From Octopus sinensis (Eukaryota): 64,000 nucleotides of DNA. Both the position numbers and the translations under genes were made by a program. The notes beneath the pieces are model-generated. The model was not told the DNA's origin. It worked only from the letters and a program-made list of their open reading frames with translations, and did not search any database. Positions 1-12,480 of the stretch are shown one piece after another (positions within the stretch are counted from its first letter, which is position 1; each line of letters starts with the position of its first letter). Location of the stretch: the NCBI RefSeq assembly GCF_006345805.1, contig NC_043002.1, positions 31,062,001-31,126,000 of the forward strand, read 5' to 3'.

Positions 1-1181
1 CAATGGTGAAGTCGATCGTATTTAATCCTGCCTCTATTTCAGTGTACTCCATATCGAAAGAAACGGATCCAACAATGAGTGCCAAACCACATATCGATCA
101 CTCATCCACTCTCTCTCTATCTCATTTTCTCACTATATATCAACACGACTTCCTCCCTCTCACTCTCTCTTATCATTTCTCTCTTTCCTTCTCTCTTTCC
201 CTCTCTCTTTCTCTTTTGGTCACTATATTTATAACCCCCGCCTTCTCTCTCAGTTTCTCGGTCTCTGTTTTATTGTACCTCAATCAATTAATAATTTTTT
301 AGTTTGATTTCATTTTCGCCCTTCCATCTTCTCGTGTTTCTCCTACTCACTGACATTCAGTTTCCTACTTGGCTACACCTTACAACCACAGTATTTCTTA
401 CTTGACCCACTATTTTTTATTCCAGTACTCCGCAACCGGTAGGCAGTGGTACATTGGTGTGCTACGAGACGATGCTAAGTATGCCGCAGTGTAGCCCGAA
501 TATAATTTGTTTACCTTTAATTCACGCGTGCCATCAAATTTTGAAAAGAAGTGTATCACAAGTGAAAAAAGGTTACTGTTTTATTTTAATTATTTTCTGT
601 CTAATTATTATCTTTCCTCCTCCTCCTCCTCCTTCTCTCTCTCTCTCTTTGTTCTCCATAAACAAATGTATTCATAAGGACATCTTTCTCACTCACCTTT
701 ATATATTAGTGTCTATGTGAGTATGTTTACGTGTCTGAAAATATATGTGTATTTTGATGTATGTTTATTAAATGACTTCATTTGTGTATGCGTATTGAAG
801 CTAAAAACATTTTCTAGAATATTCCTATTTAATCAATTCACGAGCTGTAAATACCTTTTATATTCATCATTCATTCTATTTTTAACACTACAGTCAATTC
901 TAAAATGTGATAACTGGGCATCGACTTCTGTGACTAGGTTACAATTCTTGTACATCTGGTATATCTGAAGAAAATGAGTTACAAGTAGAGTTTCAATAAA
1001 GACTCAGGAATCTTATTACTGTTTTTCTTTGTTGTCCTGAACGTTAACCGTGACAGCTCAATAGATGCTTTCCATGAGTTTTGTTTTTTATTCCATTTGA
1101 CATACACTGCTTTCAATCAGATGTACTGTACTGACTTCGGAGTATGTATGTCTGCAGACACCTGCAATTATTTTATGACAT

Positions 1182-1401
1182 GCAGAAACGTTAGCACGCC
1201 GGGTGAAATGTGTAGCCGTATTTTGTCTGACGTTACGTTCTGAGTTCAAATTCCGCCGAGGTCGACTTTGCCTTTCGTCCTTACGTGGTCGATAAATTAA
1301 GTACCAGTTACGCACTGGGATCGATGTAATCGACTTAATCCGTTTGTCTGTCATTGTTTGTCCCCTCTAGGTGTAGCTCCTTGTGGGCAGTAAAGAAATA
1401 G
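1182..1401 (+). mobile_element. tRNA-derived SINE, family A (central GTCGACTTTGCCTTTCATCCTTTCGGGGTCGAT domain)
   Basis: B-box-like GAGTTCAAATTCC, conserved central domain, 3' end CTTGTGGGCAGTAAAGAAATA; matches other copies at 2407-3240, 32258, 34444, 43421. Confidence 0.9.
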
Positions 1402-1990
1402 ATATAAATAAATACGACAAAACTGAACCATTTCTAATATCCATATAAGACATCAAACTTGATATGTTGCTCATTTAACATCGTCGTTGTTCATTTAACA
1501 TCGTCATTTAACATTGGTCGTTTCTCACACCGACAAACTGGAGGATAATGTACACCCGATGTGTCTTTTATAAATCTGCAAATTCCACCCAAAAGTGTAT
1601 GTCAATGTTGACTATTCGTCTGTATACACCAACAAGCGATAACCTGTGCTAGATTCTGCGATATGGAGAAATTACAGCCCTGAACACATCAGGTAAGCCG
1701 TGAATGTGCTTCTCAGTTTGCAGAAAACAGGGTGAACCTAATAAAGTCGGAGACTACCAAATGGAACACTCTTCTACCTGACTTAATATGATTAAAGAAT
1801 ATATGTTACAAATTGTCCCATCTCATGAACATTGGAGACATATTCCAATGAATGCATTTCGAATGGATTTACTTGTATACTCGTAATATGGTAATATTGA
1901 AGCTAAGAAAAACAGAGCTAAGAAAAGGTTTGAAAATACGTTGAAAAATTATACAGGTAGAATATTCTTTTAGTCTATTATTATTTTTTT

Positions 1991-2185
1991 TTTCAGTCAT
2001 TTCACTGAAGCCATGCTGGAGCACCTCCTTGAAGTTTTTTAATCGGGTTTTAGTCGGAGAAATCAACCCCAGGACATATTCATTGTAAGACTAGTACTTC
2101 TTTTATCGGATTCCTTTTGCCGAACCGTTAAGTTACGGTGACATAAGCACACCAGCATCGGTTATCAAGTGAAACCGAAGGACAA

Positions 2186-2241
<56 letters not shown>

Positions 2242-2389
2242 ATATATATATATATATATATAAACGACGGGCTTTTTTCAGTTTCCAGTCTCCAAGGCTA
2301 TAACAGAAGACACTTGCCCAAGGTGCCATGCAGTAGGACTGAACTCAGAAACATGTGTTTGGGAAGTAAGCTTCTTACCACACAGCCAC
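1991..2389 (-). mobile_element. tRNA-derived SINE, family B (GGCTGTGTGGTAAG head, TGACTGAAAC tail)
   Basis: Colinear with the intact copies at 57881-58315 and 61881-62297, with an internal (CA)n/(TA)n tract. Confidence 0.85.
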
Positions 2390-2406
2390 ATATGCGCCGA
2401 AGATAA

Positions 2407-3240
2407 TATTCTTTTCTACTCTAGGCAGAAGGCCCGAAATCTTTGGGGAGGGGGCCAGTCGATTAGATCGACCCCAGTACGCAACTGGTACTTAATTTAT
2501 TGACCCCGAAAGGATGAAAGGTAAAGCCGATCTCGGTGAAATTTGAACTTAGAACGTAAAGACATTCGAAATATTGCTAAGCATTTCGACCGGCGTGCTA
2601 GCGTTTCTTATTTCTTTATTGCCCACAAGGGGCTAAACATACAGGGGAGAAACAATGACAGACAAAGGGATTAAATCGATTACATCGACCCCAGTGCGTA
2701 ACTGGTACTTAATTTATCGACCCCGAAAGGATGACAGACAAAGTCGACCTCGGCGGAATTTGCACTCAGAATGTAACGGCAGACGAAATATCGTTAAGTA
2801 TTTGACCCGTCGTGCTAACGTTTATTATTTCTTTACTGCCCACAAGGGGATACATACAGAGGGTATAAACAAGGACAGAAATACGGATTAAGTCGATTGC
2901 ATCGACCTCAGTACGTAACTGGTGCTTATTTAATCGACCCCGAAAGGATAAAAGGCAAAGTCGACCTCAGCGGAATTGGCTCAGAACGTAGCGACAGGCG
3001 AAATACCTATTTCTTTATTACCCACAAGGGGCTAAACACAGAGGGGACAAACAAGGACAGACAAACGGATTAAGTCGATTACATCGACCCCAGTGCGTAA
3101 CTGGTACTTAATTTATCGACCTCGAAAGGATGAAGGGCAAAGTCGACCTCGGCGGAATTTGAACTCAGAACGTAAGGGCAGACGAAATACGGTTACGTAT
3201 TTCGCCCGGCGTGCTAACGTTTCTGCCAGCTCGCCGCCTT
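2407..3240 (-). mobile_element. Four head-to-tail SINE family A copies
   Basis: Units 2407-2608, 2609-2825, 2826-3007, 3008-3240; only the last has the full head (AAGGCGGCGAGCTGGCAG on minus). Confidence 0.9.
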
Positions 3241-4005
3241 AGTTGGAGATAATATGAAAATAGCAGCTTCAGTCCATGGCATGATAGCAATAAATTTCAT
3301 AACTTAATATTCATAAATGCCACTCTCCAAAGTGAATGAAATCATAAGTTTATGAATATCCTCAAGTTTATGAATATCCTCATGAAAATAACGTCACTTA
3401 TAAAGTCGAAGAAACGCAGGTTGATACATTTAATGAAGTATTCGTGCGTTCTATGTAATCTTAGGTACACGTGGATATAGAACTGCGAAACATCTTTCAG
3501 AATACCAAGTATATACGGCATTGAGAAAAAGGTACTACACAGTATAAGGTGCAAAGTGACGTTATAAAAAAAAAAAACGATTTCTAAAACATGTAGAGAA
3601 GAGGTGAAAATCAAAACAATAGTGACTCACGAGAACAACAACGGTACTTGAAGCTTGTCAATGCCACAAACAATATGCACTACATTCACTGGTATTGCAG
3701 ATTGCATGCCGGGCTGTGAAAAACTTAAATAGAAACAAATTAAACGGCATCTAATTGAATTTGCCATCTGTGTATCATAATAAAGGTATATAGAGCTTTG
3801 ACAGCAATAATGCTGTGGATTTTGTCCGAAAGAAATTATCTTCATAGGCATGTCATGTTGAAAACAGAATATATGTCGGAGCGATGCGACCATCATCGCA
3901 ACAGTGACTCACCAAAACGAGAGATGCAATTTCCCCTAATTGGAGGCTGTCAAAGTCGTGCACACCTTTATCACTTTCCAAGACAAAATTTATGCTTTTG
4001 TCTGC

Positions 4006-4009
<4 letters not shown>

Positions 4010-4062
<53 letters not shown>

Positions 4063-4125
4063 GCTCTCTCTCTTTCCCTCACTTTCTCTCATTCTATCTC
4101 ACTCTATATAAGTATAATATATATC

Positions 4126-4171
<46 letters not shown>

Positions 4172-4209
4172 ATATATATACATACATGAGTATGACTGCA
4201 TATATATAT

Positions 4210-4250
<41 letters not shown>

Positions 4251-4554
4251 ATTATGTCTGCATATATATATACATACATATATATATATATACAATATAT
4301 ATGTGTGTTTGTGGATGTGTTGTGCGTGTGTATGTGTATATATATGCCGATATGCATGTGTATATGTACATGTATGTATATATATATACATATACACACA
4401 CACTTATACCTACACACACATATACACACACATATACCTACATGCATAAATACATAAATACATATACATAAATATAAAACTACAGGCAACTCTCATATTG
4501 TCTCCTTGTTTATTCGCCGTCACAATACTCTTTGGCACAGACACACACAAACAT

Positions 4555-4608
<54 letters not shown>

Positions 4609-4615
4609 ACATATA
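4010..4615. repeat. Compound microsatellite block (TC)n-(TA)n-(CA)n
   Basis: Directly visible. Confidence 0.95.
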
Positions 4616-4773
4616 CTCACAGATATACACTGACGCAGAAACATTTTATTACATGCCACATATATCAGGTCCTTTCACTCATCCATCTGCCAATACCAAC
4701 TAAAGAATCTGGCATTTCTGTACCAGAGAGATAGGAAACAAAGAAGAAATAGATGTAACATTCTTCAGTTTAG

Positions 4774-4881
4774 GCAGAGAACCCGTTAATGTCATACCAT
4801 GCCAGTTGCCATCTGATGTACTGATACAGAATTTGATGCGGGAACGCCCACGTGATAGGCGACTAGTTCAAGGTAGAAATG
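4774..4881 (+). other. Candidate 108-nt symmetric phase-1 exon (REPVNVIPCQLPSDVLIQNLMRERPRDRRLVQGRN)
   Basis: TTCTTCAGTTTAG acceptor, ATG|GTGAGT donor, open frame, length divisible by 3; no recognisable homology. Confidence 0.22.
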
Positions 4882-5103
4882 GTGAGTAGTAGAGTAATGG
4901 TGAGGAATGGGCAAATAAATGTGAAGCCTGGAAACACATACATACGCAGGCAAGCACGCACAGACACACACACAAATAAACACACACACCACACACATAT
5001 ACACAAACATACATATATGTAGATGCTTGTATACATATGTTTATATATATGTGTATATGCATAAGTGTATATGTATATATGTTTATATATATATACTCAT
5101 TTA

Positions 5104-5397
5104 CTCTTTTACTTGTTTCAGTCATTTAATTGCGGCCATGCTGGAGCACCGCCTATAGTCGAGCAAATCGACGTAAACACACCAGCATCGGTTGTCAAGC
5201 AATGCTAGGGAGACAAATACAGACACACATATATATATATACATATATACGACAGGCTTCTTTCAGTTTCCGTCTAACAAAACCACTCACAAGGCATTGG
5301 TCGGCCCGGGGTTATAGCAGAAGACACTTGCCCAAGATGCCACTCAGTGGGACTGAACCCGGAACCATGTGGTTGGTTAGCAAGCTACTTACCACAC
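5104..5397 (-). mobile_element. SINE family B with internal deletion
   Basis: Same sequence as 61881-62297 but AAATCGAC is joined directly to GTAAACAC (74 bp missing between two GAC motifs). Confidence 0.88.
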
Positions 5398-5495
5398 TAA
5401 AATAGGATAGAATCATTATATGAATTTATTAAGTAGTTAGCGTGAAAAACCTCATAAGGGAACAGTTTATTAATTATTCCCTTTAAATATATTTA

Positions 5496-6039
5496 TATTA
5501 AGGAAATTACTATACATAAAAGCCTCACGTTAGGAGGGACTCTTAAAATCAAAAACCACCATAATAAACACTTCCGCCCGAACGAGAGGGAATGCAACTC
5601 TCGAAGCGAGCCTTTTAAAAACAGATTCAGTTGCAGATCATATGACTTCGTAATTAGTGCACATAATGCATTTTTTAATCTTCAGTGCAAGCATACTCAA
5701 GACATATAAAAATGAACAAAACATTAACACTTGTATCTATTTAAGAGATATATAAGTGTGAGTAATTATATGTACTATGCTGGATATTTGTGGTGTTCGT
5801 CTGGTATGTGAACGCTTTGCTCATTATTATATATTTTGATTATGCTTGCACTGAAGATTAAAAAGTGCATTACGTGCACTAATTATGAAATCATATGATC
5901 TGCAACTGAATCTTCTTTTAAAAGGGTCGCTTCGATAGTTCAATTCCCTCGCTTTCGGAACAATGTGTTTATCATGGTAGTTTTTGACTTTAAGAGTCCC
6001 TCTAGCGTGAAGCATTTAAGTATAGTAATGCCCCTAATA
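5496..6039. mobile_element. Foldback/MITE-like element with ~220-bp imperfect terminal inverted repeats
   Basis: Left arm ~5496-5722 is the reverse complement of ~5815-6039 (e.g. CAGTTGCAGATCATATGA vs TCATATGATCTGCAACTG); TA-rich ends. Confidence 0.85.
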
Positions 6040-8639
6040 TATATATGCATGTGTATATGTGTGTATGTATATACATACATACCTAAATATATGCATGCAT
6101 GCACACATATATACATACATACACACACACACAGACATGTACATATGTGCTTGTGTGTATGCATGTATGCATGTATGCTGGTATATTCACTTATTCGTAG
6201 ATGCGGCAGAAACTAGAGCACTTGCTAATAGAGTGTAGGACAATTTAAATACGTATTGACAAAAAGCCAGTGAATTCGATCTGTGTGCAATCAGTAGTTC
6301 ACACAATCACCCAAGCGATACAGATTTGTGCTGTGATTATGACAAAGAAGCTTCATCATCATCGTCAAAATCATCACGTTTGGATACTTAAATAAGGTTG
6401 CACAATCTTTGACTTTCGACGTAATCCTTGTCTTCCTTTGTCCATTGTGTAGGTGCCGCGTCACTATAAAGTCTCTCTAGACGGGATTTTGAATTCGCGC
6501 TCGGCAAGTAACAAGGATAGATTTTTGCACATCCTTGAGGGAAACTTTATGCGGTCATGCAACACACTAAAAATAACAAGCAAATGTCACGCAAATTACA
6601 ACATAATAGAAGGAAGGACGCATTGCTTAATATACTCTACTACATGAGAGGAGATTGGATAGCGCATTTGGTATGACTGATCATATGACAACAAGGTAAG
6701 GGTTTACTGAAGGACAGATTTTCATGAATTACATTTCCATGAATATTTTGGATTCATTTCTTAAACTCTGTGTATATATTGCAACAAAAATCATCTCATA
6801 AGATTGAAAAATATATCCAATATTTTTGATGTCATTAGCGTGTGTTTCAAGTCTTCTTTTCTAGCCTTCCAGAAGTAGAGCAAGGGTAGGTTTATAAATT
6901 AAGAAACAATTAGGACTTCCAGAAAGAAATCTCAAGTCTGTCATGACCGATCCATTTGAAATGTTCTTTAATTAGGAGTTTTCATTAACATACTGTTGCT
7001 TCTCTCAAAATGATCGTGTATTCACAATAAGGTTTTTAGAGTTGTAATATTCTTAAATCCAAACATGTCGCTTTGGGCACATATTGACATATACCAAATA
7101 TTATAAATCGGGGTTCGATTCTAGCGTCTGATTTATTTCTTGGATGTGAGTTGACTGTGTGAGGAAGTATACATTCAAGCTTGTATTCTGTTTATCATTT
7201 CAGGGGTGGAACAACCTTGCAGGCGTCTACTTAATTTGAGTGAACATATTATGAACATACAATATGTTCATAGTGAGTGAACATATTATAGCTGGGACAC
7301 AGATGGTATCAGTGATTACGAAAATCCTGCCTGATTCCCGAGAGACACACTAACTCATCCCCATAGGTGTCGAAGCATTTTATAACGTATCAATAAGAAT
7401 AATAAAAAGCATTCTACTTTTAGCAGAATTTCATCGACGAATATCAATGACTAGTTGGTTTTACGCAACAATTCTTTTCTTGTAAAGCAATTCTGTCTTC
7501 CAATTATTGACAGTGAGACCAAAGATTTGATTACATTGACGATGCTCAGAACATTCCAGCTATTGCCTATCTATACTGCTTAATGGTGCATGCATAGATA
7601 AGCTATAAATGTGTTGGTACACTCATTTACTGAAATTTCTCTGGCTATGAATACCAACATTTAACTGGAAGCAGGTGTCCAGACCGTGTAACTATTGTAT
7701 ATATCGCAACGTATGCATAAGCAATTGTGGTTATATGGAAAATGTAATATATAGTAGGAGCGAACTATAGGCGAGAGACACTGTTGACAGAATAAATACA
7801 TGAAAGCATTTACCTGTTGGGTGAGTAGTGGCTCTCATCCTCCCATAGAAGTTTCGGGTGACTTGAAACCGTTTGGATCACCATGATTAGCTTTGACAGA
7901 AGAATCAATGAGCTATAGGTAAACGGCTTTCATTTAATGCTTTCAAATCGGTGTATAAAATTATTTTGAGAGAATAAATAATATGGGTATCCTTATTAGA
8001 TGATTAAAAAAAAATAGAGTTATGGTTGAGAATGATAATATGGGTACTAAGATAGAAAATGCTTACCGGTGTAACACACCCAAATCTCCTTTGGGCACTG
8101 TTCGGAACAAACGTATGGTTCAATCCAAACAAATGTTTTATCGATTGATGTACACAGAGGTGTAAATTTTGTGACTGAACTTTTACCGCATCAATCTCAC
8201 CAAAGTGGGAGAAACTACTGCTAGGTTCATAAGGTCTACTGATTCTGTCCTGATTAACTTATAAAGTGCAGAATTTTGTCAATGATTATAAAGACAGTTA
8301 TGGTGGAATGGCTGTAGCTGTTGTTGATATTTCTATTTCCGTTGGTGCTAATGATAATGGTAGTGACACAGACAATAATAATAGGGAAGGCAATGGAAAA
8401 AAATAGAAAAATAAGTGGAAATGAAGCAGCAGCAGAAGAAATTAATAATAACAACCACAACAAGAACTACGACAACAACAGAAGCCGCAGTAGCAATAGT
8501 GACAACAACATATCGACAACAACTATAACAATGATAATGATTTCTAATGTAGGCACAAGGTCAGAAATCTTGCGGTGAGAGGTTAGACGATCGTATCGAC
8601 CACAATTCTAGAGTTGCACATTATTTCATGACTCCGGAG

Positions 8640-8826
8640 AAAGAGGCTGAAGAAGGAGGAAGGGGAGGAGAAGAAAAGGAAAGAGAAGAAAAAGAGAAGA
8701 AAAATAGTGAGACAAAAAGAAGAGAAATCAGGAAAGAAGATGAATACAAAGATTAAAACGAGAAGGCGGAAGAGGAGATGCGAAGAAGAGAAAAGTATAA
8801 GAGTAAGAAGAGAATTAAAAGTACTG

Positions 8827-8858
<32 letters not shown>

Positions 8859-8976
8859 AGAAGAAGAAGAATACAAGAAGCAGATGAATAAGAGAGGAGG
8901 AGGAAGGAATGAGGAGGTAGGAATGAAGAAGAAGAAGAAGAAGAAGAAGAAGAAGAAGAAGAAGAAGAAGAAGAAG

Positions 8977-9007
<31 letters not shown>

Positions 9008-9030
9008 GTAGAAACTTAGAATAAGAAGGA
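8640..9030. repeat. (GAA)n purine microsatellite
   Basis: Directly visible. Confidence 0.95.
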
Positions 9031-9446
9031 AAAATAAATAAAGAAAAAACGAATAAAAACGGTACGATAGAAAAAATACGCCAAGAAAAAATATGGCAAC
9101 CATCCTCCCCACTATTACACCCATCAAATATTATCAGCAGACACTGATAGGGGGCTACTAAATATGTAAATATTTACTTGATTTTAACCAGGATGGCTTG
9201 CCATGATAACAAGATCTGTGGGTGTCGCCAATAAGCGGCAACATATGAAAGAAGTCTTGTTAATACGCAGATGTTTAATTTCGAACAAAACCTCTTATGA
9301 TAAATACGCATGCGTGTTTATTGCCATATTTATATTATCAATGGTGTATTCTCTTCTTGTTATAAAGACTTTATATTAATGGATTTTATTATTCGCCTTT
9401 TTTTGAATTATTTTTTTTTATTACAAATGCCGCTTATGTATATAGC

Positions 9447-9536
<90 letters not shown>

Positions 9537-9919
9537 TAAAACAGGTAGAAGGCCACATACTTATACATACATATGCACACAAACAAACACAAATGTATAT
9601 TCCACATTGACCGATTTCTGAGCGATATATGTTTCTGAAATATCACATTTTATCTTTCTAAATGTAGACGAATATATACGCACGTACATACATAAATATA
9701 CGCATATATACACACATGCGCTCACACATAAATACACACACACACACATATATATATATATTTGTATATATACTTATATATATACTTATATATGTATTTA
9801 TGCATGTATATACACATACATGTTTAATATCTTTGTAATTTATATATGTTTGTCGTTGTGTGTGTGTCTGTATACGTACGTGCGTGTTTTCTGTGTGTGG
9901 GGGGGAGTGTATAAACGTT

Positions 9920-10047
9920 GGCATGAAACTTGCTTCCCAGCCACAAGGTTCCGGGTTCAGTCCCACTACGTGGCACTTTGGGCAAGTGTCTTCTACTATG
10001 CACTCGGCCCGACTAAATTGTTGTGAGTAGATTTGGTAGATGGAAAC
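9920..10047 (+). mobile_element. SINE family B, 5' half
   Basis: GGTTCCGGGTTCAGTCCCACT B-box region and TTGGGCAAGTGTCTT segment. Confidence 0.8.
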
Positions 10048-10103
10048 ACGGAAAATGAACGAAACACATCGTATCCATCTATCTAGCTAGCTATCTCCCC
10101 ACC

Positions 10104-10140
<37 letters not shown>

Positions 10141-10151
10141 ATATATATATA

Positions 10152-10330
10152 TAGGGAGATTTTACGAATAAAACAAAAGACGAAGACAGGTAGTGTACAA
10201 AACAAACAGATGTATTAGTATAACGCTTAGGAATAGAAAAAGTATTTTACGTTTCGAGCCTACGCTCTTCTCTTCCACAGAAAGGGACACAGAAAAAACA
10301 AGGAGAGAAAACATATGTGTAGTGGCTAAC
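10152..10330 (-). mobile_element. Penelope-like terminal-repeat fragment with degenerate hammerhead-like motif
   Basis: Minus strand TTT-CTGTGGA..GAGC-GTAG-GCTC-GAAA-CGTA-AAA; same architecture as 36027-36062; embedded in (TA)n. Confidence 0.55.
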
Positions 10331-10338
10331 GATCTATC

Positions 10339-10376
<38 letters not shown>

Positions 10377-10382
10377 CTGTGT

Positions 10383-10417
<35 letters not shown>

Positions 10418-10562
10418 TTTCATTCTTTTGTTGCCTTACCATTTTTATCAAATATATATATATATGAATACACACACACAGATACACACACATACTCTCT
10501 CTTTTACTCTTTTACTCTTTTACTTTGTAAGCCTAGTACTTATTCTATCGGTCATATATATG

Positions 10563-10608
<46 letters not shown>

Positions 10609-10789
10609 TACACACATGCATATACATACATAAACACACCCACACGTTAGTTTGTCATATGAATTTGTTCGTTTTTTTTTCCAATGATATTTGAATTAGC
10701 CCGAAAAATATTTTTATCGTCCTCTTCTATTGTATATTTTTTTTTAGCTGAATTCCTTTTATCATTTCTGAAATTTGAAAACAATTCTG

Positions 10790-11500
10790 CCCCTTTCAGA
10801 CATGACTTTAAAGACCAAGTAAGAAAGGAATGAGTACCATTGATTCCTTCTTCTCTGCGCTTTCGATCAACATTTCAAAGCTTCCAGCCCTCTCGGCAGA
10901 TTGGTTGTGAACGGAGTAGGTGCCGTTTATGGTGCGAACGGTACAGAAATGTTTTCCACGCATCAAAGAGTATTAATTTGACCTCATAGTTTCTTCGCGT
11001 CCCAGTTAATCTGCGCAGTTTGATGAAATGAGCGCATCCACATGGGTCGGCGCCAATCAACTAAGGAATTTGTCCAGCAAATGAGCAGCACTCCTAATAC
11101 TTTCACTCATCAACTTCACTCGATGGCTGAGTTACAAACGACCAGCGGTATGGTGTGCGGATTCAAATCTGCTACACTGGGCTCCGCGTCTATAATTTGA
11201 CCAAAATTGCTATTCAAGAGCTCGGTAAAGAAGTTTTACTTCACCCGGCGTAGTTTCCTTATATCACTTTTCTCTGTCTGTCTAGCACTCTGCCAGACGT
11301 TTCGGTTAACAACGATGTAAAGATGAATAAGACAAGCAATGAGTTTTTCGACATAAAACCCACTGATATCCATCATCAAGGGACTCATGACCTAATGTAA
11401 AGCTGGTAAGAAATCGTGAACAGTGAAGGAAACAATATTATTGATTGATTTATTAAAATTTTTACTGAAGAGTAATGATTAAAATAAGTAGAAAAATAGA
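10790..11500 (+). mobile_element. Degraded mariner transposase remnant
   Basis: ELGKEVLLHP-like segment (~11219) resembling LGWEVLPHPPYSPD, and a C-terminal EIVNSEG-like segment; many stops. Confidence 0.55.
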
Positions 11501-11719
11501 CCGATATATAAAAAAATATACTCATACCTGTATACACTCTTTTAAACAGAAACACAAACGAACACACTCGCGCTCAATTACACTCATATGTGCACAAATA
11601 TCTACTTGTATGTCTTTAACATATAGAGAAGATAAATTAATTCCAAACGAAACTAAACATTATGTAGTAAAGAACACAACCAGGTATAGGCTTTTGGTTA
11701 TTTAGTTAAAAAAACACTC

Positions 11720-12005
11720 ACTTAATGACCACGTGGCTTCGGGTTAGATCCCATTGGGCTGCACTTGAGCAAGGTTTTTGAACACCTGGGCATACCAATA
11801 TTCTGTAAGTGAATTTGCTACATGGAAACTGTGTGGGCGTCTGACGTGTACGAAATTTGTGTGTGTCATTGTGTTTGTGCTTGTTCTTGAAAACTGATGT
11901 TAGTTTGTTTACGTTCCTGAAGCCTTAGCAGTTAGCCAGAAGAAGGAATGGTAGAATAAGTACTAACCGTAAAAAGGCAGCAAATACTGAAGTCGACTGG
12001 CTCCA
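11720..12005 (+). mobile_element. Old diverged SINE (family B-like)
   Basis: CCACGTGGCTTCGGGTTAGATCCC head remnant, GGAAACTG and TAGAATAAGTACT segments. Confidence 0.6.
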
Positions 12006-12129
12006 CAAAAACTTTTTAAGTGTCCAATGAGAGAGAAGTGTATATCCACTACTACTACTGCTGATACTGCTGCTGCTGCTTCTACTACTACAACTACAAC
12101 AACAACAAGAACTACTACTGCAACAAAAA

Positions 12130-12480
12130 CATTATTCTCCTGAGATATGCGACGTTAGCGGCTTCGAAGTGTGCACACCAACAGCTCCTATCCAGATCTA
12201 TCATCGACAACAGCCTAGCTATTCTTATTCTTTCCCTGTATTGTTCTCAGATGCATAGATTTTGCGCTATTGCTCTTTATGTCCAGTCTGGCTTCTGTCT
12301 GTTATCTCCCCCATATCATATCTCACCTGCTGGATATGTAGAACTCTTGCACAGTATCTCCGTTCATTTCTTATTAGCCACACCTTGGTTTAGCTGGCTT
12401 GGTTCCTTATATTGTTTCATTCCCCAGACTAAGCTTAAGAAATTTGGTTAGTCATCGAATCTCTTTAGTAATGCGGTCTA
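12130..12480 (-). mobile_element. Possible RTE-like LINE 3' remnant
   Basis: Minus-strand DDRSGxxLLV-like segment resembles RTE C-termini; heavily decayed. Confidence 0.25.

Noticed and set aside
2407-3240. CRISPR-like array
   Set aside because: Units are ~200-bp SINE copies without unique spacers; eukaryotic context and no cas genes.
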